DNA of 34,486 nt from Vulcanococcus sp. (lineage in GTDB: Bacteria; Cyanobacteriota; Cyanobacteriia; PCC-6307; Cyanobiaceae), in assembly GCA_044341905.1 (NCBI GenBank), contig JBIIQU010000001.1, positions 1 through 34,486 on the forward strand. The letters are read 5' to 3'. This document shows positions 26,642 through 34,486 of the stretch, piece by piece (position 1 is the first letter of the stretch; each line of letters begins with the position of its first letter). The position numbers were made by a program, and so were the translations under genes. The notes under the pieces are model-generated. The model was not told where the DNA came from and made no database searches. It was given only the letters and a program-made list of their open reading frames with translations.

Positions 26642-28354
26642 TCAGGGCGGGAAGATCCGCAGCCGCTGCTGGGGGCCGCTGCCGAACACCGCAGAGCGCA
26701 GCCGGTAGCGGGCCGCCAGTTCCGCCTGCATCTGCCGTACTGCCTCCTGCCGGGGCAGCAACTCCACCGGCCGCCCCTGGGGCAACACCACCTGCTCCAC
26801 CGCCAGGCGGCACTCCTCCAGGGCCCCATGGGCGTCGTCCTGAGCGGCCGATGGAGCCGCAGGTGTGGGGCTGGTGCCGCCTTGCCGCTGCAACAGCCGT
26901 TCCAGGCCCCGTTGGATCTGGGGCAGGGTGTCGGCTTTGATCACCAGGATCGGCACCCCACTGGCCTGGGCTCGCCGCCGCACCTCGGGATCGCGCCCCA
27001 GCTGCTGGCGAATGGAGAGCACGGCATCGGCCTCCTCCACCAGGGGCACCTGCTGCACCGGCAGTCGTCGGCTGCGCACGGCCTGCTCCACCAGCTGTTC
27101 GCTCACCCCGGCGCAATAGAGCTGCAGGGGGCGGGCGTCACTCACCGCAGCTGTATCCCCCAACTCCTCCAGGTCCGCGTCCTGGCTGCCCTGGGGATCC
27201 GGCAGGGGCACCGGCGCCAGGGGGGTGAATCGGGGCCGGCCTGGGGGCGGCATCGGGGCGGGCGAGGGCAGGGCCCTGGGGGCCACTGGCGGAGGGGATT
27301 CCCTCAGCTGGAGCTCACCGTTGGCATCCAGTTCCCGCACCTGGGGACGGGGCAGCTGCCCCCGCAGCAGCAGGTCCACGGTGCGGGCCACGTCCCGGTG
27401 CACCAGCCAGCGGTGGCGGCTGTGCATCTCCACCGCCAGCGGGAAGGTGGGTTCTGCAGCCCGTTCCAGCACGGTCTTCTGGGTGCGCCGCCGCCGGGCT
27501 TCCTCGTCGCCGAGGGTCACCGATTCAATGCCCCCCACCAGATCGCTGAGGGTGGGGTTCTTCACCAGGTTGGCCAGCTCGTTGCCGTGGGCGGTGGCCA
27601 CGAGCATCACGCCCCGCTCGGCGATGGTGCGGGCTGCCTGGGCCTCCAGTTCGGTGCCGATCTCATCGATCACGATGACCTCGGGCATGTGGTTTTCCAC
27701 CGCTTCGATCATCACCTGGTGCTGCAGCTCCGGCCGGGCCACCTGCATGCGCCGTGCGCGCCCGATCGCCGGATGCGGGATGTCGCCATCGCCGGCGATC
27801 TCGTTGCTGGTGTCGATCACCACCACCCGCTTGCCCAGGTCGTCGGCGAGCACCCGGGCGATTTCGCGCAGGGCGGTGGTTTTGCCCACGCCGGGCCGGC
27901 CCATCAGCAACAGCGACTCGCCGCTGTCCATCAGGTCGCGCACCATGGCCACGGTGCCAAACACGGCGCGGCCCACCCGGCAGGTGAGGCCCACCACATC
28001 GCCGGTGCGATTGCGGATGGCGCTGATGCGGTGCAGGGTGCGCTCGATGCCGGCACGGTTGTCGCCGCCGAAGGCCCCCAGGTTCTGCACCACCGCGGCC
28101 AGGTCGGCCCGCTGCACCACAGCCTCCCCCAGCGCCACGGCTCTGCCGGGGTAGCGGGCCTCCGGCACCCGGCCCAGATCCAGCACCACCTCCAGCAGCT
28201 GTTCGCGGGCCTCGGCTGGAGCGAGGGCCTGGCCCACCGCAGCGGGCAGCACCTCCAGGAGCCGGTCGAGGTCGTCGGTGATCCGCTGGGGCGTGATTGC
28301 TGCTGGCGAAGCCGACACGGGCGATGGGGTTTCTTGAACTGGCGTTCTAGCCAT
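26642..28354 (-). CDS. ycf45: Ycf45/SpoIIIAA-like AAA ATPase with C-terminal R3H-like domain
   Basis: [71 protein letters not shown] overlap with the ldpA stop. Confidence 0.88.
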   Translation of the reverse strand: MARTPVQETPSPVSASPAAITPQRITDDLDRLLEVLPAAVGQALAPAEAREQLLEVVLDLGRVPEARYPGRAVALGEAVVQRADLAAVVQNLGAFGGDNRAGIERTLHRISAIRNRTGDVVGLTCRVGRAVFGTVAMVRDLMDSGESLLLMGRPGVGKTTALREIARVLADDLGKRVVVIDTSNEIAGDGDIPHPAIGRARRMQVARPELQHQVMIEAVENHMPEVIVIDEIGTELEAQAARTIAERGVMLVATAHGNELANLVKNPTLSDLVGGIESVTLGDEEARRRRTQKTVLERAAEPTFPLAVEMHSRHRWLVHRDVARTVDLLLRGQLPRPQVRELDANGELQLRESPPPVAPRALPSPAPMPPPGRPRFTPLAPVPLPDPQGSQDADLEELGDTAAVSDARPLQLYCAGVSEQLVEQAVRSRRLPVQQVPLVEEADAVLSIRQQLGRDPEVRRRAQASGVPILVIKADTLPQIQRGLERLLQRQGGTSPTPAAPSAAQDDAHGALEECRLAVEQVVLPQGRPVELLPRQEAVRQMQAELAARYRLRSAVFGSGPQQRLRIFPP

Positions 28355-29421
28355 CAACGGCGTTGCCAGGGCGTGATCAGCCCCTGGGCAAGGGTCAGCG
28401 CCTCCTGCCAGAGGAGCGGCTGCTCCCGCAGGGGTGCTCCGTTGCTGTCGGCCTGCACCAGCAGCGGCTGCAGCAGGCTGCGGGCCATGCCGCCGAAGGC
28501 CACGCCGGCCGCCCCGCTGTTCGCTGGCAGGCGCTCCAGCGTGCTGGCGTTGGTCCCCCCCGCCAGTTGCAGGGGGCCTGGCGGTGCCCAGGGGCGCAGG
28601 GCCGCCAGCAGGGCCACCGCCGCTCGGGCCGTGCCGGCGCCCACATCGCCGCTCATGGGCCGCCCATCCAGCTGCCAGAGGGGGCGGAAACCGGCGCCGC
28701 GCACCAGGGCATAGCGTTGCCACAGCTCTGTCGCCAGCTGGCGGGCGCTCAGCTGGTCGTTGCGGTCGTCAGCCGCCTTGGCCATGGCGCCCCGTTCCAG
28801 GCCGCAGCTCACCGCCAGCCGCCGCAGGGCGACGCCGCTGGCCTGCACCTGGGCGAGCCGCTCGGCAAAGGCCTCCAGGCGCCCCGGCTGGGTGTGGATC
28901 TCCAGGGCATCGGGCTGTAGTTCGGCCAGCAGGGGCGGCACTTCCGCTGCCGTGAGCAGGTGCTGGTGCTCGTGAATCAGCCCCAGGGGGCAGGCGGGCA
29001 GGCAGCGGCCGCAGCCATAGCAGCGCTCCTCCTCCACACCTCCCGTGCTGCCGATGGCCAGGGCGGGACAGACCCGTTGGCAGGGCCGGGCGCAGTCCGG
29101 CGGGCACTGGTTTGGATCGAACCGGGCCTTGCGGAAGTGGGGGTCGTCGCCGTCGCTGAGGCTCACCATCAACCAGGGGAGCTGGGCTCCCCTGGCTTCA
29201 GCCCAGGCCATGCCGCGCCGCGCCGCGGCCACCACGGCCCGGTCAGCGGCTACGTCAATGCAGTCCACTCCGGCCAGCGCGTAGATGGCGCACAGGTCCT
29301 CGATGGTGGCGAGGTCCTGGTTGCTGGCGCCGCAGATCAACTTGACCCAGCGCCCCTCGGCCAGGACCTCCTCAGCCAACAAGCTGCTGGAGCGGCTGCC
29401 AGCGCAGGGCGCGGGCTCCAC
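28354..29421 (-). CDS. ldpA: Light-dependent period protein LdpA (2x[4Fe-4S])
   Basis: [69 protein letters not shown]. Start uncertain (GTG 29421, or TTG 29382/29379). Confidence 0.88.
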   Translation of the reverse strand: MEPAPCAGSRSSSLLAEEVLAEGRWVKLICGASNQDLATIEDLCAIYALAGVDCIDVAADRAVVAAARRGMAWAEARGAQLPWLMVSLSDGDDPHFRKARFDPNQCPPDCARPCQRVCPALAIGSTGGVEEERCYGCGRCLPACPLGLIHEHQHLLTAAEVPPLLAELQPDALEIHTQPGRLEAFAERLAQVQASGVALRRLAVSCGLERGAMAKAADDRNDQLSARQLATELWQRYALVRGAGFRPLWQLDGRPMSGDVGAGTARAAVALLAALRPWAPPGPLQLAGGTNASTLERLPANSGAAGVAFGGMARSLLQPLLVQADSNGAPLREQPLLWQEALTLAQGLITPWQRR

Positions 29422-29830
29422 CCATTTCCACCACGATCTTCAGCCGCGGCTCCCGCCGGGTGAGATCCACCAAAGCGCTCAGCTCGGCATTGGAGAGCAC
29501 CTGACCCTCCAGCAACCACAGCAGCACGGGGGCGCTGCCTTCAAACAGGTGCCCCAGCTGTGGCATCGCCATCTGCACCTCGCCCACGGCGGCTCCGCGG
29601 CCCACGCTCTGGTGGCCGAGGTGGGGGGGGCGCACACCGTGCAATTGGAGCAGGAAGGCCTCCGGATCACCCAGGCCCCGGGCCGAGGTCATCTGGGCTC
29701 GGTAGCCTGCAGCCCGGAGCCGGCGCAGCAAGCGGGTCTCCGCACCGCCCTCCAGGGGGGCAAAGAGAGCCAGGGCGCCTGCCCGCTCGAGCTCCTGGCG
29801 AAAACCGCGGCCGGTGAGCAGCAGGGGCAT
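29372..29830 (-). CDS. ndhN: NAD(P)H-quinone oxidoreductase (NDH-1) subunit N
   Basis: [53 protein letters not shown]...W. Confidence 0.95.
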   Translation of the reverse strand: MPLLLTGRGFRQELERAGALALFAPLEGGAETRLLRRLRAAGYRAQMTSARGLGDPEAFLLQLHGVRPPHLGHQSVGRGAAVGEVQMAMPQLGHLFEGSAPVLLWLLEGQVLSNAELSALVDLTRREPRLKIVVEMGGARALRWQPLQQLVG

Positions 29831-30238
29831 GCGGACTGGAAAGCGCTCCGGCAAGTCTGGCAGCTGACTCCGGCATTAGGGGGTAAGGCGTTGCGGTACC
29901 ATGGCCGCTTGTGCATCTGCAACTGTGCCCGTCCGCTAGCCGGGCCTCCAGCGCAATGCACCAGGTCGCCAGTGGTGGCGACCTTCCCCGGCCAGTGCGG
30001 TCTCCCTTCTTTTGAAAGGAATCACCGCCGGGAAACTGCTCCGCGCACCCTTCACAAGGTCCGGTCGAGCAAGTCCCAGCCCGCTGCTTCGCCGCTGCTA
30101 GCCCAACCGAATCCTCTCGCTGGTGGTGGGTCCAACCGACCTCCTCCACGGCGTTGATCCGGTTTCGACTGCGCAACGCGATTCAGCCACACCATCCCTC
30201 TTGCGGGTGGTGGTCCTGCTGGCGTTTCTCCCCTCCTT

Positions 30239-30886
30239 ATGTCCATCGGCATTCTTGGGAAGAAACTGGGCATGTCCCAGTTCTTCGACGACGAAGGCAG
30301 ATCCATCCCGGTCACCGTGATCGAGGCGGGTCCCTGCCGTATCACCCAACTCAAAACCGACAGCACCGACGGTTACACCGCGGTTCAGCTGGGCTTTGGC
30401 GAGATTCGCGAGAAGCTCGTCAACAAGCCGGCCAAGGGTCACCTGGCCAAGTCCGGCAGCGAGCCCCTGCGCCACCTGAAGGAATACCGCGTCGACAGCG
30501 TCGACGGTCTGGAACTCGGCAGCGATGTCACCGTGGCTGCCTTTGAGGCGGGCCAGAAGGTCGATGTGAGCGGCGACACCATCGGTCGTGGTTTCGCTGG
30601 TCTTCAGAAGCGCCACGGCTTCAGCCGCGGCCCCATGACCCACGGTTCGAAGAACCACCGCGAGCCCGGTTCGATCGGCGCCGGTACCACCCCCGGTCGC
30701 GTCTACCCCGGTAAGCGCATGGCTGGCCGTTACGGCGGCAAGCAGATCACCACCCGTGGTCTCGTGATCCTGAAAGTGGATGCCGAGCGCAACCTGCTGG
30801 TGGTGAAAGGCTCGGTGCCCGGCAAGCCCGGCGCCCTGCTGAACATCCTCCCCGCCAAGCGGGTGGGCTTCAAAGCCGCGAACTGA
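30239..30886 (+). CDS. rplC: 50S ribosomal protein L3
   Basis: [46 protein letters not shown]. Confidence 0.99.
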   Translation: MSIGILGKKLGMSQFFDDEGRSIPVTVIEAGPCRITQLKTDSTDGYTAVQLGFGEIREKLVNKPAKGHLAKSGSEPLRHLKEYRVDSVDGLELGSDVTVAAFEAGQKVDVSGDTIGRGFAGLQKRHGFSRGPMTHGSKNHREPGSIGAGTTPGRVYPGKRMAGRYGGKQITTRGLVILKVDAERNLLVVKGSVPGKPGALLNILPAKRVGFKAAN

Positions 30887-30897
30887 GGAGGTAGGAC

Positions 30898-31533
30898 ATG
30901 GCTAACTGTGTTGTTCGCGATTGGCAGGGGAAGGAAGCCGGTACGGCTGCCCTCGACCTGAAAGTCGCCAAGGAAAGTTCCGCTAACGACCTGGTGCATC
31001 GCGCCGTGGTGCGTCAGCTTGCCCACGCCCGTCAGGGCACGGCCAGCACCCTCACCCGCGCCGAAGTGGCGGGTGGTGGTCGCAAGCCCTACAAGCAGAA
31101 AGGCACCGGCCGCGCCCGTCAGGGCTCGATTCGTACCCCCCTGCGCCCGGGTGGTGGTGTGGTGTTTGGGCCTAAGCCCCGCACCTACAACCTGGCGATG
31201 AACCGCAAGGAGCGTCGCCTGGCACTCCGCACCGCGCTGATGAGCCGCACCGCCGACATCACGGTGGTGAAGGGCTTTGCCTCGGGTCTGGAAACCCCCA
31301 AAACCAAGGAAATCATCGCCGCCCTGGGTCGTTTCGGCATTGCCGATGGCACCAAGGTGCTGGTGGTGCTGGATGCCCCCAGTGAGGTGGTGCGCCGCTC
31401 GGTGCGCAACCTTGAAAAGGTCAAGCTGATCGCCGCTGATCAGCTCAACGTGTTTGATCTGCTCCACGCCAACTCCCTGGTGGTGAGCGAGGAAGCACTC
31501 GCGAAGATTCAGGAGGTCTACGGCGATGGCTGA
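30898..31533 (+). CDS. rplD: 50S ribosomal protein L4
   Basis: [35 protein letters not shown]-like GAGGAGG upstream. Confidence 0.99.
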   Translation: MANCVVRDWQGKEAGTAALDLKVAKESSANDLVHRAVVRQLAHARQGTASTLTRAEVAGGGRKPYKQKGTGRARQGSIRTPLRPGGGVVFGPKPRTYNLAMNRKERRLALRTALMSRTADITVVKGFASGLETPKTKEIIAALGRFGIADGTKVLVVLDAPSEVVRRSVRNLEKVKLIAADQLNVFDLLHANSLVVSEEALAKIQEVYGDG

Positions 31534-31828
31534 GCGTTTCACAGGACGGCTTGCGGACGTGATCCGTCGGCCGTTGATCACCGAGAAGGCCACCCGGGCC
31601 ATCGAGCAGAACCAGTACACCTTCGAGGTGGATCACCGGGCTGCCAAACCCGACATCAAGGCCGCCGTTGAACAACTGTTCGACGTCAAGGTCGTCGGCA
31701 TCAGCACCATGAACCCCCCGCGCCGTACGCGTCGTGTGGGCCGTTTCGCCGGCAAGCGTGCCCAGGTGAAGAAGGCCGTGGTGCGGCTGGCCGATGGCAG
31801 CGCCATCCAGCTCTTCCCTGAAGCCTGA
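31526..31828 (+). CDS. rplW: 50S ribosomal protein L23
   Basis: [34 protein letters not shown]. Confidence 0.98.
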   Translation: MAERFTGRLADVIRRPLITEKATRAIEQNQYTFEVDHRAAKPDIKAAVEQLFDVKVVGISTMNPPRRTRRVGRFAGKRAQVKKAVVRLADGSAIQLFPEA

Positions 31829-31843
31829 GGGGTCTGAAGAATC

Positions 31844-32707
31844 ATGGGAATCCGTAAGTACCGCCCTATTACCCCCGGCACCCGCACCCGGGTCGCCAGC
31901 GACTTCGCTGAAGTCACCGGTCGTGGCCGCGAGCGGGGCTTGGTTGTCGCCAAGCACCAGCGCAAGGGCCGCAACAACCGCGGTGTGATCACCTGCCGTC
32001 ACCGCGGCGGTGGCCACAAGCGCCTCTACCGCCTGGTGGACTTCCGTCGCGACAAGCACGGTGTGGCCGCCAAGGTGGCTGCCATCCACTACGACCCGCA
32101 CCGCAACGCCCGCCTGGCGCTGCTCTTCTACGCCGATGGCGAGAAGCGCTACATCCTGGCTCCGGCTGGGGTGGCCGTGGGCACCACCGTGGTGTCGGGC
32201 CCTGAAGCCCCGATCGAGAACGGCAATGCCCTGCCCCTCTCGGCCATCCCCCTGGGTTCCAGCGTTCACTGCGTGGAGCTGTACGCCGGCCGTGGCGGCC
32301 AGATGGTGCGTACCGCCGGTGCCAGCGCCCAGGTGATGGCCAAGGAAGGCGATTACGTCGCCCTGAAGCTGCCCTCCACCGAGGTGCGTCTGGTGCGTCG
32401 TGAGTGCTACGCCACCCTCGGCGAAGTGGGCAACTCCGAAGTTCGCAACACGAGCCTCGGTAAGGCCGGCCGTCGCCGTTGGTTGGGCCGTCGCCCTCAG
32501 GTGCGAGGCAGCGTGATGAACCCCTGCGATCACCCCCACGGTGGTGGCGAGGGCCGCGCTCCGATCGGCCGCTCTGGCCCTGTCACCCCCTGGGGCAAGC
32601 CGGCCCTGGGTCTCAAGACCCGTAAGCGGAACAAACCCAGCAATCGGTTTGTGCTCCGGAAACGTCGCCGCACCTCCAAGCGGAGCCGTGGCGGACGCGA
32701 TTCCTGA
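31844..32707 (+). CDS. rplB: 50S ribosomal protein L2
   Basis: [39 protein letters not shown]. Confidence 0.99.
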   Translation: MGIRKYRPITPGTRTRVASDFAEVTGRGRERGLVVAKHQRKGRNNRGVITCRHRGGGHKRLYRLVDFRRDKHGVAAKVAAIHYDPHRNARLALLFYADGEKRYILAPAGVAVGTTVVSGPEAPIENGNALPLSAIPLGSSVHCVELYAGRGGQMVRTAGASAQVMAKEGDYVALKLPSTEVRLVRRECYATLGEVGNSEVRNTSLGKAGRRRWLGRRPQVRGSVMNPCDHPHGGGEGRAPIGRSGPVTPWGKPALGLKTRKRNKPSNRFVLRKRRRTSKRSRGGRDS

Positions 32708-32742
32708 TCAACCTCACCGCTTTGCTGTTCGTTTAAACCGCT

Positions 32743-33018
32743 ATGGGACGTTCACTCAAAAAAGGACCGTTTGTTGCCGACAGCCTTCTGCGGAAGGTTG
32801 AGAAGCAGAACGCCGCCGATGACAAGTCCGTGATCAAAACCTGGTCCCGGGCTTCCACGATCCTGCCGATGATGATCGGCCACACCATTGCCGTTCACAA
32901 CGGCAAGGCCCATGTGCCCGTCTATGTGACGGAGCAGATGGTGGGTCACAAGCTCGGGGAATTCGCGCCGACCCGCAACTTCCGGGGCCACATCAAGGAC
33001 AAGAAAGGAGGCCGCTGA
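32743..33018 (+). CDS. rpsS: 30S ribosomal protein S19
   Basis: [33 protein letters not shown]. Confidence 0.99.
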   Translation: MGRSLKKGPFVADSLLRKVEKQNAADDKSVIKTWSRASTILPMMIGHTIAVHNGKAHVPVYVTEQMVGHKLGEFAPTRNFRGHIKDKKGGR

Positions 33019-33022
33019 AGTC

Positions 33023-33382
33023 ATGGCAAACACCCCGAATTCCACAACCCAGGCCTTGGCCCACGGTCGCTACATCCGCGGCTCCGTGTCCAAGGTGCGC
33101 CGGGTGCTCGATCAGATCCGCGGTCGCTCCTATCGCGATGCGCTGATCATGCTCGAGTTCATGCCCTACCGCTCCACTGGCCCCATCACCAAGGTGTTGC
33201 GGTCGGCTGTAGCCAACGCCGAGAACAACCTGGGTCTCGATCCCGCCTCTCTGGTGATCTCTTCCGCCACGGCGGACATGGGTCCCTCGATGAAGCGCTT
33301 CCGTCCCCGTGCCCAGGGTCGCGCCTACGCGATCAAAAAACAGACCTGCCACATCAGCATTGCTGTGGCTCCTTCCGCCTGA
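33023..33382 (+). CDS. rplV: 50S ribosomal protein L22
   Basis: [38 protein letters not shown]. Confidence 0.99.
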   Translation: MANTPNSTTQALAHGRYIRGSVSKVRRVLDQIRGRSYRDALIMLEFMPYRSTGPITKVLRSAVANAENNLGLDPASLVISSATADMGPSMKRFRPRAQGRAYAIKKQTCHISIAVAPSA

Positions 33383-33401
33383 CCCCCGAGGACACCGACC
33401 G

Positions 33402-34130
33402 ATGGGACACAAGATCCATCCAACCGGCCTGCGCCTGGGGATCACCCAGGAGCACCGCTCGCGTTGGTACGCCCCCAGCAAGACCTATCCGACCCTCCTC
33501 CAGGAGGATGACCGGATCCGCAAGTTCATCCACAAGAAGTACAGCGCCGCTGGCATCAGCGACGTTCTGATTGCCCGTAAGGCCGATCAGCTCGAGGTGG
33601 AGCTCAAAACCGCTCGCCCCGGCGTGCTCGTTGGCCGTCAGGGCAGCGGCATCGAGGAACTGCGTGCCGGTATTCAGAAAACCCTCGGGGATGCCAGCCG
33701 TCAGGTGCGCATCAACGTGGTTGAAGTGGAGCGTGTTGACGCTGACGCTTACCTGCTGGCCGAATACATCGCCCAGCAACTGGAAAAGCGCGTGGCCTTC
33801 CGCCGCGTGCTGCGCATGACCATCCAGCGCGCTCAGCGCGCCGGTGTTCTGGGCCTCAAGATCCAGGTGAGCGGTCGCCTCAACGGCGCCGAGATCGCCC
33901 GTACCGAATGGACCCGTGAAGGTCGTGTGCCCCTGCACACCCTCCGCGCCGACATCGACTACGCCACCAAAGTTGCCTCCACCACCTACGGGGTGTTGGG
34001 CATCAAGGTGTGGGTGTTCAAGGGCGAAGTGCTTCCTGGCCAACAGGACAAGGTGCCCGTGGGTGCGGCACCCAAGCGCCGCGCTAGCCGTCGGCCCCAA
34101 CAGTTCGAAGACCGTTCGAACGAAGAGTGA
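33402..34130 (+). CDS. rpsC: 30S ribosomal protein S3
   Basis: [47 protein letters not shown]. Confidence 0.99.
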   Translation: MGHKIHPTGLRLGITQEHRSRWYAPSKTYPTLLQEDDRIRKFIHKKYSAAGISDVLIARKADQLEVELKTARPGVLVGRQGSGIEELRAGIQKTLGDASRQVRINVVEVERVDADAYLLAEYIAQQLEKRVAFRRVLRMTIQRAQRAGVLGLKIQVSGRLNGAEIARTEWTREGRVPLHTLRADIDYATKVASTTYGVLGIKVWVFKGEVLPGQQDKVPVGAAPKRRASRRPQQFEDRSNEE

Positions 34131-34146
34131 TCAGGAGGCCTGAACC

Positions 34147-34486
34147 ATGCTGAGTCCAAAACGCGTCAAATTCCGCAAGCAGCAGCGCGGCCGCATGCGC
34201 GGCATCGCTACCCGGGGCAACACCATTGCCTTCGGTGACTTTGCGCTCCAGGCCCAGGAATGCGGGTGGATCACCTCCCGTCAGATCGAAGCCTGTCGCC
34301 GTGCCATGACCCGCCACGTCAAGCGGGGTGGAAAGATCTGGATCCGGATCTTCCCCGATAAGCCGGTCACCATGCGTCCCGCTGAAACCCGTATGGGTTC
34401 CGGTAAGGGCAACCCGGAGTTCTGGGTGGCGGTGATCAAGCCCGGCCGCATTCTCTTTGAGATGGGTGGTGCCGACATCACCCCCG
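34147..34486 (+). CDS. rplP: 50S ribosomal protein L16 (3'-truncated by the window edge)
   Basis: Translated by hand, absent from the ORF track: [19 protein letters not shown]...QIEACR...IFPDKPVT...RMGSGKG. SD AGGAGG at 34133-34138. Confidence 0.98.
   Translation, partial: MLSPKRVKFRKQQRGRMRGIATRGNTIAFGDFALQAQECGWITSRQIEACRRAMTRHVKRGGKIWIRIFPDKPVTMRPAETRMGSGKGNPEFWVAVIKPGRILFEMGGADITP

Noticed and set aside
29831-30238. Missing or pseudogenised rpsJ before rplC
   Set aside because: In cyanobacteria rpsJ normally lies after tuf, and I saw no S10-like remnant here.
1-34486. CRISPR array, IS elements, HIP1 (GCGATCGC) enrichment
   Set aside because: No regularly spaced repeats or transposase. 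CGATCG cores occur but I did not spot full HIP1 octamers by eye; a k-mer count would be needed to claim any bias.

Overview
Gene-dense, GC-rich core-genome segment of a picocyanobacterium (Cyanobium/Synechococcus-like, inferred from psaD, ndhN, ldpA, crtD, the tandem-domain cobO and an S10 operon that starts at rplC). Order: amidase (5'-truncated) / hemF / mrp-rodA-histidine kinase / psaD / trpE-gshA-ppc-GNAT / tRNA-Arg(CCG) / recF-speD / larE / cobO / moeB(MoeZ)-JAB peptidase / CAAD protein / fructosamine kinase / crtD / tyrA / degenerate DinG-like helicase-DUF2839-DUF1815 / recA-HAD-tRNA-Gln(TTG)-ycf45-ldpA-ndhN (all minus) / rplC-rplD-rplW-rplB-rpsS-rplV-rpsC-rplP (3'-truncated). I saw no mobile element, CRISPR array, prophage or defence island, and I cannot support a wholly new system here. 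The best leads are small-scale: recF appears to need a non-canonical (probably ATT) start; a JAB + E1-rhodanese pair with no ubiquitin-like carrier sits near a three-Cys LarE; several proteins have lost catalytic or ligand motifs (helicase, kinase ATP domain, Mrp CxxC, R3H His); and rplC has a long, possibly structured leader ending in an anti-SD-like sequence. All family calls come from recognising motifs by eye; no searches were run.
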